Source: Flectonema sp. DT1601
Taxonomy: Eukaryota
NCBI GenBank assembly: GCA_964019425.1
Contig: OZ025788.1
Location: 248,001 to 312,000, forward strand
Length of the DNA stretch: 64,000 nucleotides
Direction: 5' to 3'
Positions within the stretch are counted from its first letter, which is position 1. Each line of letters opens with the position of its first letter. The notes beneath the pieces were generated by a model. That model was not told where the DNA came from. It ran no database searches and saw only the letters and a program-made list of their open reading frames with translations. The position numbers were made by a program, and so were the translations under genes. This document shows positions 47,712 through 59,900 of this stretch, one piece after another.

Positions 47712-48830
47712 ATGCTGAAGAGAAAGACTCCAGAACCATGTTCTGCGGGAGTTATATTAGAGAATGATCTCTGTGATAAAGATGTATGGGCTTGTGAGGT
47801 ACTCTCTGAGGGTCGACCGCTTCCAGGACAATTATATCACACTGCGGCACTTCTAAATAATGAGATTCAGGGAAAGATGTTGATTGCAGTCTCAAGAGGT
47901 AAGGATGGTTATAGTATCGGAATGTTAGTTAGAAAAACAGGACCTAAAATAGTAACACTACCACTGATATGGTTGTCACAAAATGAAGGAAGTAATAATT
48001 TCTCAAAAACAAATGAGAAGGAATCAGTCAGACGTTCCGACTGTTTTCGTCTTCTTCATCACATTTCTGTAGATTCTCACAATGAAATATTTATATCAAA
48101 ACCCTCTCTTGATCGATTAGACTTACAACACGATCGTTACTTACGATCTCGAAATTGGCAAAACTTCTACGTCTGCAACAAACTATCAAATAGAGGAAGC
48201 CCATCAACCCCTGGAACCCTTCAGTATCTACTCACAAATAGAACTGAATTCCCCGCTGATAAGACACCATCAATGGTGAAGACAGGATTATCAGAGCTTA
48301 GGAAAATTAAAAAAGTTATAAAAGGTATGCTTGGAGTGATAGCTGTATCAGAGATCCCTCGAAACTACTACTTAGCAGAATACCGAGGAGTGACGTATGA
48401 TAGCTATGAGTCTTTATTTGACGCAAAAAAATCAAAAGTTGGAAATTTCATATTTCAAGTAAACATTGTAGATCATGCTAAGAATGATGACCTGGCAGCA
48501 TTCTACATTGATTCAGAAGAACCTTCATTAAGCACTTGGCCGCGTTATATCAATGCAGCAGAAGTAAATTGTTCACAAGATGCAGATCCGACTGAAGTTG
48601 GTCTTCAGAACTGTGACTTTGTAATAATAAATCACCGGGTTCTACTTCGAACAATTCGAGTAATCCCCCCAGGAAAAGAACTCCTAGCCTGGTATGGTCC
48701 CAACACTGATCAAATAATATCAGGTGATGATGATTTTACAAATGAAGAACCTCAACCACGTTATGGACGAAGGAAGAAGGCGAGATTTATAAGCGCTCTT
48801 CGTAATGCTGATCAACTAGCTACGCGTTAG
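47712..48830 (+). CDS. SET (PR/SET-like) domain protein
   Basis: LGVIAVSEIP...LAEYRG, STWPRYINAA, NCDF and IPPGKELLAWYG are SET-domain signature segments. An upstream exon is possible. Confidence 0.8.
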   Translation: MLKRKTPEPCSAGVILENDLCDKDVWACEVLSEGRPLPGQLYHTAALLNNEIQGKMLIAVSRGKDGYSIGMLVRKTGPKIVTLPLIWLSQNEGSNNFSKTNEKESVRRSDCFRLLHHISVDSHNEIFISKPSLDRLDLQHDRYLRSRNWQNFYVCNKLSNRGSPSTPGTLQYLLTNRTEFPADKTPSMVKTGLSELRKIKKVIKGMLGVIAVSEIPRNYYLAEYRGVTYDSYESLFDAKKSKVGNFIFQVNIVDHAKNDDLAAFYIDSEEPSLSTWPRYINAAEVNCSQDADPTEVGLQNCDFVIINHRVLLRTIRVIPPGKELLAWYGPNTDQIISGDDDFTNEEPQPRYGRRKKARFISALRNADQLATR

Positions 48831-51744
48831 TAAAAACATCGAATGGTGTTATCAGTTAGAATTGTTTAGACTTGTTTTTGTTATTAGTGTAGTCGTTATG
48901 GAATAATTATTATTTCATCATTGCTTCCACAGGATGTTTTCCTTATATAGATTGTGTCCATCAGTTTTTTGTCGTAAACTCAAATAATCTCATGTAATTA
49001 CATCCTCTTCAGTAAATAAAAAAAACAAAGCAACAACAAAAACATCAAAACATGTGTTCCAATCACTCTGAAGTATTCACACCAAGGGGTACTCTAGCCC
49101 TACTTCAGTATTATCCATTCCCGATTCAGAAGAAATCAAAGGGTAAGGGATTTATAAAGGGGATCAAGGAAATGATTAGAAGACGTAAAAGTTAAAAAAA
49201 GAAAGAAAGAAAAAAAAAAAAAAAAAAAAAAACGATTGATAATTGAAAATAATTCTCCCATACGTGTCATGAAACAATAAAAAGGGAAAAAAAAAAAAAA
49301 AGTGAGAAAACAGAAAATCCTTTTGGTGATTTAATTCTTCTGGGGTATTCTCTCATTTCAATCTCATGTAAGAGCTCGACTCAGACAAACGGATGATTTA
49401 TCGTATTGTTGACCAATCCTTTCTTGATGTGCATATGGTCAAGGATTGATCGGGTAGGAATTTTTTATATTGCTTTACTACCATTAATTTCTTCAACCTG
49501 CCGTACCTCAGAAGTAGTTATAATACTTTTGGAAAAAGGGCTTTACTCCTTCGTTGTCATCCCTTTGTATCTTTTTTTTTTTTTAAAGTTTTTTCGAACT
49601 CAGGAAGTTAATGGCGCTCTGTTCGTGCGCAATGAAAATTCTTTTTTTTTGGTTCCCATGAATTGTTGTAGCTGTTGGGTGATTGAATTGTTAACACGGA
49701 CAACGTTTGAAAATGCTGTTTCTTTCGTTTGTTCGGTTGCCATTATTTTGCCGTTCCTCCGATTTCCTTTCAGTGAAATGCGATTGGTCCGTAGCTTGAC
49801 TCAAGTTAACAGGCGCCGACACGAACAGAGGGTCGCGCTCTCTTTTGTTGTATTTTTGTATTTTTTTTTAAATTTTATTTTTTGGGTTAATTTTTCTCTC
49901 TCTGTTTTGTCTTTAGCTTAACTTTAGTCTTATGACGCGGTTTTTGTTTATTTTTATTATTATTATTTTTATTATTATTTCGATTCTACCTTGTATCGTG
50001 ACTCTCTGTTGACTACACTATTTATGTTTCTTTTGCAGCTCGCAGGTAGTTTTTTTTTTTTGTTTGTTCGATATTTGTATGTTCTACTGCACTTGTAGGA
50101 CTGTAATGACAAAACAAACAAAAACGGTACTTTCTCAACGACGAAATTCGTGTTGAGCAGAAGAAGGATTTCAACTGAAGCAAAAAAAACAGAGAGGTAC
50201 CCTCCTCAGCCATGAATTGAGCCCAATTTTGGAGTTACCGTGGCTCTGGAAAGATAAGCTTCTCCCCAGCCTTTTGCTTTAGTTTCATCTCTGTGGGACT
50301 TGAAAGGAAAAAAAAAAAAAAAAAAAAATCGATTTTGCTCACACGTCAACAATCGTTACCAAAAAAAAAACTTTTCATTTTCATGTTATTATTTTTTTTC
50401 TCTCTCTCGTTTCTTTTCTCATTAAAATTCATCAACCGATCTTCCGGACTGCCTGTCGAATTCGGGTTTGTTTGCACAACAAAAAGAGATGATTGTTGAT
50501 TATGTGTTTGCGTGTTTTTATTAAATAATCTGTTCCTTCCCTTTTCTCCTAACAACCGTAGTTTTTATAATTTAGTTTTTCTTTGGGAGTGGTTCAGTGG
50601 AACTTACTGTTTTCTTTTCTCCTTTTTTCTTTTCTTTTTCTTTTTCTTTTTATAATTTTTTTGTTACATATCACACCACCTTTCTACTCAATTAGAACTG
50701 TCTGGTGTTTTACCCACTAGTTGTGTTTTAATTCTGAGTGTCGTAAAAAGACGTTACTTAAAACAGTGGGACAGCCTACTTGTTTTCTTGGGTTGTCTTT
50801 ATTCAGAATAATTCAACCTTTGCACACTTTCAAAAGCTTTGATTTGGTGACTTTTCACTGAACAACTTTCACGTGAGGTACTTTTGTTGCTTTCCCCCTT
50901 TCTTTTCTTGTGTTGTTATGTGTTGTGTGTGTTGGTTAATAGCGAACCTGATCAGCGCCTCCCTATTAAGTACGAGTAGAGATCTCTTTCGTTAAAATGA
51001 TCAATCGGATATATATTAAAAGAAACATCATGTGATTAAGGAAAAGAAAGTCTTGCTCCCCATTCCTCTTCATTACGATACTGGTGTTGTTAATCCTCCC
51101 TTGCGATAAGTAGTTTAGTCTGCTGTCTGTAAGTCATGTGGTACGTACATTGAATTAATCTTGTGCGTTAGTGACTTGGTCAATCTTTCTTTATTATAAC
51201 ATCCTTACACGATTCCTTTGTAAAATTGGAGTTATTCTGCTTACTCGATTGGTACTTACCCATGTTAATGTTGGTGTTGTTTGTTTTTGTTTATTATGTA
51301 CGATTGTACATACTTTTTAACGAAAAAAAAAAAAAAAAAAAATCCTGTTTTTGGTAGTACTCTTCCTCTCTGACTGCATCATTACTCTCTTCGAATGGAT
51401 CGGAGAAGGTATTCTTTCTTCTGGACCCGTTTTCCCTTTTCTTCAAAAATAAAAACAAACACCAGGACTTACATACGATGTACATTGTCTTGAGAGCATC
51501 CCATTGCCTCTTTTTTTATTTACACCCTTTCTTCTTTGTTTGATTATACCTGACATTGGCGGTGACTCGCCTTGTTCTCCCGATTACAGTTCATTTGAAA
51601 CCATGATGACTTATTGCCGCTGATTACTAGTTGTATTTCTTCAGATGAGATCAGAAGATTATGGGAGTGGGTGGGTCGTCCGTGATCGAAGGAAGTATTA
51701 TTTTTTCCCAACAATTCTTTTTACGCCCCTCAGGAAAAGCAAAT

Positions 51745-53605
51745 ATGCCTCTCCCCAACGCCTCGCAGGCATGCTCCGGAGTTGCAGCGGTATTGAGGAG
51801 AAGGAAGCCGCGCAAAAATAAAAATAGAAATAATAAACCTCCATGGGAGAAGAGCAGAAAGAAACCTGTGAAGAGGGAGGACGAGAGTGAGCCTGAGAGT
51901 CTCAGTGAGGAGGACTACTCCGACACTCAGGAAGAGAGAAAGGAAGAATATCGAAAGGGAGGATATCACCCAGTCGCTGAAGGAGAACTATACAATAACC
52001 GTTACAGAACGGCTTATAAATTAGGATGGGGTTACTTCAGCACTGTCTGGTTAGTGTGGGATTACGTTGATGAAGACTTCAAGGCAATGAAAGTACAAAA
52101 AGGAGCTGATCATTACAGAGACGCTGCTTTCGATGAGATAAAACTTCTCAATCAAATCATGAGAGGAGATCCAAAATCTGAGAAGTGTTGTTGCTCGATG
52201 ACTGATTCATTTGAACACAAAGGACCAAATGGTAAACACGTTGTTATGGTCTTTAAAGTACTCGGTGAGAATCTTCTTTCACTCATCACAAAGTATGAGT
52301 ACAAAGGAGCTCCAATTCGTCTCATCAAACCGATCGCTAAACAAATGCTCATCGGACTTGACTACCTTCATCGTGAGTTGTCAATTATCCACACTGACAT
52401 AAAACCTGAGAACGTGCTTCTCGCAACTCCGATTAAGAAGATTCGTCGTATCATGGAAATTTACAAAGCACCGCCTATCGACAAGCAGCTCCTTCTAACA
52501 GAGAAGGATCCTGCACATTTGAGTAAAGCACAAAAGAAGAGATTGAAGAAGAAGATGAAGGACAAAGAGAAGAAGGGCGACGAGTCTGCTCCTCCACCAG
52601 CTGATGAGATAAGTGCGAAGCCGGTAAAGTTAGATGATGGCGACGTCAGTGATGAAGATCCAGAATTCGAACAGGCCAGACGTGGAAATGTTGTTCTCGC
52701 TGACTTTGGTAACGGTTGTTGGATTGATAAACAATTCTCTGAAGAAGTTCAAACTCGTCAATATCGATCACCTGAAGTTATTCTTGGGGATGGTTACAGT
52801 ACTCCAATTGATGTTTGGTCTTGTGCTTGTGTAATCTTTGAACTCCTTACTGGTGAATTCCTCTTCGACCCTCGCACTGGTGATAACTTTGATCGTGATG
52901 AAGATCACTTGGCTTTAATGATTGAACTCCTCGGACCTCTTCCACCTCGTATCTCTCGTGGTGATGGTAAACACAGAGACAAGTACCTCACTAAGTATGG
53001 AGAGCTTCGTCATATTACTGAGTATGTTTTACGTTTTGTTTATGCTTTTTAGTATTTTCTGTTTCGAAGTGACCAATCCAAAACTACAACAGTCTGAAGT
53101 ATTGGGGATTGTCATCAGTACTTCATGAGAAGTACATGTTCACTAAGACAAAAGCTGACGAAATCGCCAACTTTCTCCTTCCGATGCTTCACCCAGATCC
53201 GTACCACAGAGCCACTGCTCAAGTATGTACCTTTTCTTATTTATCTCTAGACCCAGTTAGTGATAATATAATTAGTTAAAACAATAACCAAATCAGGAAA
53301 TGCTCGTCAATTATGCTGACTGGTTTGATTCTAAGGACAGTGATGACCTGCCATATGTACATCAACATCCTGCGGAAAACGTTGTATGTGTTTGTTATAT
53401 TGTTGAGTTTTCTTTTTTGTTTTGCATCGTCAGAAAATAATCCTGAGAAAAAAAAAAAAAAAAAAAAAATCAGAGCGGTGATGACTACGACAGCGAAGAC
53501 GAAAGCGTTACTGTTAATGATGATGATGAGGAAATAACCAGCTTTGACTCCGAGGAAACTGGCACCACATTCGAAGGAGGTGGCGCCCGTGCGCGCTCAA
53601 TTTAG
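51745..53605 (+). CDS. SRPK: SR protein kinase (SRPK/Sky1 family); exons 51745-53021, 53093-53222, 53297-53383, 53474-53605
   Basis: EYRKGGYHPV, KLGWGYFSTVWL, IIHTDIKPENVLL, spacer insert, ADFGNGCW, QTRQYRSPEV and RDEDHLALMIELLG. Splicing restores LRHITDLKYWGL...FLLPML...RATAQEML and an acidic tail. Confidence 0.93.
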
Positions 53606-55660
53606 AGTTATTTTTATATACATATTTCTTCTTTATTACCCTGTTTCTTTTTTTCCTCTGTTTTCCCCCACATTTTTTTTTTTTTTGAAATTTTTTTTTT
53701 TGAAAGTTTTTAATTTCCCCCCGCTCTTTTTCTTTCTTTTTTCTTTCATTCTTTTTTTTGTAGTTATTCTTGTCAAGTTTCAATTCATTATATAAATTGT
53801 TTTTGCTGTACTTGATTAGTCGAAGTAATACGTTGACACGCAAATCTTAATGCGGTGAAAAAAAAAAAAAAAATAATATAAAAAGTTAAACATGAAAATG
53901 AAAAATAACGTTGGAAAGGGAAAGAGAAAGGAAGAGAAAGAGAGAGAGGGAGCAAGCATTCTTTAAATAAAAAAAAAAAAAAAAAAAAAATAGAGTAAAA
54001 CAAGAATAGAAAATAGAAATTGAATTGTGAACTGCGAAAAAAAAACTGTGAAGGCTCTGCACATGAACAGCACTTCGAGAATAGCTAGACAGAAAGCTCT
54101 CCTGCCTATCAAGGAAAATGTTAACTTTTTTTTTCTTGTAAAAAAAACATTTTGAGGTGCTTCAGACGATGAAATGGTCGATTCGGTAGCTAAAAATAAA
54201 ACACCTGAAAAAGTACCACTCAAGTTGTGACGTAGCCAAATGGAAAAAAAAAACTAGCGAAGTGTCAAATCTATTTTTTTCATATCCACCCTCCCGTTCA
54301 ACTTTTTTTTTTCTTTTTTTTTAAATTACCCCTTCCCGCCTTGTTCATTTCGCTTTTATTTTTAATTTTTATTTTTATTTTTTCCTTAGATATGCATATG
54401 GTTCCCACCCTCTTTTTTTTTAATATTTTTTATTACCACCTTTTGCAAGTAAGAGTAGTGCCAACTAATGCTGACAATGTCTACAGTAGAGTGATTTCTA
54501 GTACCTGGGATTGAATTGAGGTAGAATTCACTGGGCATTGCTTTCAAGGCAATCTGAACCCATCTTATCTTCAAAATTGATTAAAAACCCTCCCTCCGAT
54601 ACAGCTTCGTTCGTGCTCGTCATTTTTTACTTTTTTTGGTATTGTGACTGGAGGAGGGGGTTATTCAAAAAAAAAAAAAAAAAATTAATAAAATAATAAA
54701 ATAAGTGAGATATTATTTGCCCCCTTTTTTTTGGTTCAAAGTTGACAGCACCCAGCAAATTTAACGATAATCGCTGTAGTTAAACAAGAACTGTAAAGAG
54801 AAAATTGCTATTGTGATGGCGTGCAACAAACAAATAATCTTTTTATAATTTGTCGAAGCAAACCCCTCTGCGTTTTAATAAAGTAAAATACTGTGTGGAG
54901 GGGTTGTTCCAACTTCTCAAGGGGGAAAGGGGAAAAAAAACAAAACAAAACAAAAAAAAAAGCAAATGTAGTTACCACTCTCGTCCCTTATTCCCGCTAC
55001 CTTAGACTTTTTATGCCAATTCATTTCCCTTTCATTTCTTTTTTTTTTTTCAAAAAAAAAAAAAAAAAAAAAAAAAGACAAACCAAAGGGGGATTTGAGT
55101 TTCCTTGTCACAGTTTGATTTTTGTTAAACTTGAGAAAAAAAAAAAAAAAAAAAAAAAAGCAGAAAAAAAAAAAAAGGTTTGTGGGGAAATGAATGGTTA
55201 TTTTTGGCCTTATTTTTTTTATTTTTAGTTCTCGCCTTTTTTTTTTTTTTAAAAAATTAAATTTCAAGAATAGCTTGAAAATGACGGTAGAATGGTTTTA
55301 AAAAAAAAAAAAAAAATCACAACAGTAAACCTTCGCCTATGTTATCCTACAGCTTGGCACATCAATGGTCTTTGTGCAATTGTTGCCTTTACTAAAGTGG
55401 GTGACGACGTCAATGATTCTTTAAAAAAAAATTTTTTTTTTACTTCCCCCCCTTTTTGATTTTTATTTCAGCGCTTTGTTCCCACCCGATTAGTTATTTT
55501 ATATTAGCAGTAGTTATGTTGTTTTACTGTATTTTGATTTTCTCTAAGTCACTACAAGGTAAATGTCGTTGTATGAGCTCGCTCGGTGATGCCCAGCTGA
55601 GGTATAACTTCTTTAGACCTTCCTCAACACAACAGATTTATTTAATAATAAATAAAAAAA

Positions 55661-56429
55661 ATGAACGAACTAACTTACGATTGCAAACACTTCTCTTCTG
55701 GAACTTATCGGGGGAAAGTGACTGCTGCGAAAGTCTCAGTTTCGATATTTGCGACGTTACACTTTGATATTGAAAACAAACAGATAACAGGAGACATTGA
55801 GACACAAGACTTAGGCAAAGTAGACATCAGTGGAACCTTCAACCCGACTGCTCCATACGATTTCAAGATTACGATGGTATGCGTGATTGTTATTTAAGAA
55901 GTGTTCTTAGTACTGCATCCACATAAGTACTTCAAAACAACACACACAGGCGGACACTGTCTATAATGGGTTTAGAAAAGATAGTAATCTAATTGGAAGG
56001 TGTAAAGGACCGCAAGGAAAAGGAGTTTTCGAACTGAAGCCTCACAATTTAATTGCACCGGTATGATGATATCATGAACAAACGAACAACTGAATTCAAC
56101 ATTTTTCCCCCCTATCAAATAAACAAACAAACAAACAGGCTAAACTTGCCGAAGAGAAAGACATGACTGAAGAAGAAACAATAAGTGAATTAATAAATAT
56201 GGGATTCGATGAAGAAAGAGTGAGAGAAGCAATTGTACTAAAAGGATTATCGTTATCGGAAGCCGCAGAAGCACTAGTTCAACCTAGACCAGGAAAGATG
56301 GATCCTGAAGAATTGGTAATAAAACTTTCTGCAATGTTCCCTGAAGACAAAGTTCGTATTGCAGTAGAAGCAAGTGATGGAGATGAAGAAGTAGCATTAT
56401 CGATACTTCTTGAAGACACTACTGAGTAA
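55661..56429 (+). CDS. ~205-aa protein with C-terminal UBA-like domains; exons 55661-55876, 55950-56060, 56139-56429
   Basis: Two phase-0 GT-AG introns join the ORFs in frame. ISELINMGFDEERVREAI...AAEAL and LSAMFPEDKVRIAVEASDGDEEVALSILL are UBA-like. Confidence 0.75.
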
Positions 56430-56911
56430 TGTTTTGTTATTGAAATTATCTGACAACACGGATTAGAGAGTTAGCCGCTCACAATGAAGAGGAGCCATAC
56501 TTGCTACAACAGTAGCGGTATCTTGCTTAAAAAACAAAGATGCCTAGCTTGCCAATTTTTTTTTTTCTTGTTTTTTTTTTTCTTCTTCTTTTTCGTTATT
56601 AATGAAATTACTTATCGGTGTTTTATAAAATTATTACATTATTATTATTTATTTATTTATTTTTGTACCACCATCGTGTGAATAACGTTTGCGAATTAAC
56701 AATAACACCAAAAGGAAGACAGGGAAAAAAAAAAAAAAAAAAAATTAAAAAAAAAAAAAATAACAACAAAAAAATTGCAAGCCAAGGCTTTTTCGGTTAT
56801 ACGTGAATCGCAACAAAAAGAATAGAAATTCATGTTTGTGTGTATTCACAACTATACCCACAGCTAAAGTTAATTTGTAACATTTTCTCTCTTCCTACAG
56901 TCACCGATAAG

Positions 56912-59900
56912 ATGCCTTCAGGATGCCAACACTTCTCTCGAGAGTGTAAGATTCATACGAGTTGTTGTGATGTTGATGTTTGGTGTCAGCAATGCCACGA
57001 CGACATGAGAATTTGTAAGGACAGAAAGATGCAAGTTAACGGAATAATATGTACTCAATGTGACACCAGACAGAAACCAAGTAAGAAATGCATTAATGAC
57101 AAGTGTGCAATTCAATTTTCAAAGTTCTACTGCTCTGAATGTGGAGTTTGGGATAATGAGAATCGTCATTGCGGAGTATGTGGATACTGCACACGTCGGG
57201 AATACACACATTGTAATAAATGTAAGAAATGTTATTTAGTTATACCAAACACTACTCATGTTTGCTTTTCGAAATTACCATCGAATGTGACGAAATGTTT
57301 TTCATGCAGACAACAATTCAAACCAATTAGTTCAGCGAGTATTATACTTTCTAAGTGTAAGTCTAACTACTACCATGCAGAATGCGTTCAGTCTTCTTTA
57401 TACGACACATCGGACAGCACTGAACACGATTTCATGAAATTGCATTCGATTGAAAATCCTTTCCCATCAACTGAATTCAGTTCGCTAAAAGAAGAGTGGA
57501 ATGGATGTGTTGTTAATTTAATATGCGCTGCCGACTCAACAAAAAAAGCAGTAACTCAAGTAAAGCTGACTCTCAATGATCAGTCCTACACTATCATATC
57601 TGGTGGATATAAAATAAAAGACGGCAAGTATTGTTGGGATGTACTCGAAGATACTTTGACAGTAACATACGAAGATAAAAAATTTAAATATCCAAATGAC
57701 ATAATAATACACTTCGAGGTATGTGAAGGTGATCGAGTGTGTACTCCAGACATGAGTAGGTTTGGGACAATAATTGAAGGAAGTTGGAATAGTTATCAGA
57801 TCACTCCAAAGAAGATTTCAGTCTTATGGGACAGGTCACATCGTCTAACTGTTTGTGAATATGGTGATCAAGGTAGGTTAGATTTCATAAAACAACCAAT
57901 GAAACCTTCACCTCAGATCTTATATCCTAAATGTGATACATTTCCTGTAATCGATGAGAATGTTAAAACCTGTGTTGGTCGAGGACTGCTCTTCGCATGT
58001 TTCCCTCTTAAGAGGTATAGTTATCAGTTCTTACCACCTGGATGGGAAATCGCGACTCACGTAACTCCCTTCGAAGAAGAACTTTTTAAGGAAAATTGGA
58101 ACGAAACAGCCGCACTAGCCAGCGGAAGATACGCTGCAAGCAACACACCAGTCACAATATTATCTACGTTAGATGTAGTGAATGAAAACAATCCCGATTG
58201 TAAGCTACGCTCCTACGCTACGGATACAGATTCCGTTGACCTCGTCTTACAAACTACTTCTGTTCGATGGCATCCTGTTTCTGAATATTTAATGTCGACT
58301 GACTTTGTCAGAGCTAAGCATATTAAAACTGGAGTCTTTGAAAGACGAAGGATTACTGAAAAAGATATCGAAATATTAAAATCAGGAAATAGCGACTACA
58401 CATATGAAGAGCTGAACTGTAATTTTTACTTAAGAACTCATCAAGATGCATCATCAATCATTCCTGGAAGTAATGTTGCCGTCCCTTGTACTTGTTTTAA
58501 ACCAATTAGTAAAATAGTTGTGACGCTACCCGACTCTGACACTGTATCTGAAACATGTCAAGTATGTTGGAAAAAAATGATAGATCGTTCTGAGATAATT
58601 TATTCAAAAGAAGATAAGGAAGGCAAGACTAAAGCTTATTGTCATCAATGTAGTCCATGTATTAAGGTTGGAATCATTCCCGAGTTTAAAGATGGTGAAT
58701 ACGCTAATTTTTCGAGATTATCAAAATCCGCATCAGCACTAAAGGAGCAGAACATCGTAAGCCACGACCTCTATGGGTTCTCTGCTACTCTCAGTCCGGT
58801 TGGTTACTACACTTTGTTGGAACCATTGGCAGGTATTCCTCCTGTTAAATTCATACCACTGAGTGAGATGAACAAAACAACAAAGATAGAAGACAATTTC
58901 TTATTATTAAATGAACACGTATCCAAAGACATGGGTGCTCCAATGATGTGTACTGATAGTGGAATATTGTCCTTTGAGATTCACTTCTGTGACGATAATG
59001 TGAGAGACGTGAAGTTAGGATTTTGTTCCTCAGATCGTTATTTATCATCATTAAATGAAACTTGTTTATACAACTGTCGAATTGGAGAAGTCATCGCTAA
59101 TGATGTCCCAGCTTCTATTTCATCTCCTACTAAACCGCTTTCAAGAACTAAGATAACGTGTGTCGCTAATTTAAATGAAAAAGTTATTTATTTCACTGTT
59201 GATGGAGAAGAGACGAAGGCAATATCAACAACTGATGTATTTAAGTCACGAAGACCTATCCTCTTCCCACTAATAGTAGGTACGAGTTGCAACATTAGCT
59301 ATTCATTTAATACACTTGAACTACTACGTACAACTGACAGATATCTTTGTTGTGTTAAACCTGAGGAACTTACCTTGAGATGTGGTCCGTGGAAGATCGG
59401 AACACACATCGCTTTTATGTGTCCAACAAAAAGAGAATTAATATCAGCTGTTGTTAGAGTACCTCCTTTAGATGGTTTTATTGTGATTCAAGTTATTGGT
59501 GAGACTTGTTTACAATCTGTTAGCATGAAGAATGCTGTGCCTGTTACAGTTATTAATAAAGATGGAAGACCAAATGTTAATGTTGACAGTAACGGAAGGT
59601 TATCGACTGTGTCATCACTGGGAACCATCTACTGTGGTGGGATATCACTCATCTCTACTGAAGGTTATTGTGTAGAGTCATCTCCTTGTTGGGATTGCAT
59701 CAGCCGATCCTGTTCAAAAGATGTGATTTGCGATGCTTCCGAAACCGCTTTATCATCGTCAATTCATGGAAAGGCAAAACGTTTTTTAAAAAATTCAATT
59801 TTCTCAAAAATTGAAAGAACATTTGAGTTTCAAACACCACTCGAGTACCTTCCACACTCAGGCAATCAACAGCCAGTTAAATGTCTTTGTCTTCATAGAG

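Noticed and set aside
48900..51700. Short F/K-rich ORFs here and in 43000-44500, 46400-47600 and 53600-55500
   Set aside because: They arise from poly(A)/poly(T) low-complexity intergenic or UTR sequence and show no recognisable motifs.
44540..56911. ORF-track upstream starts at 44540, 51661 and 56840 (also 1534)
   Set aside because: Each extension runs through a candidate splice acceptor, and three use non-ATG starts. The next ATG fits the domain boundaries better.
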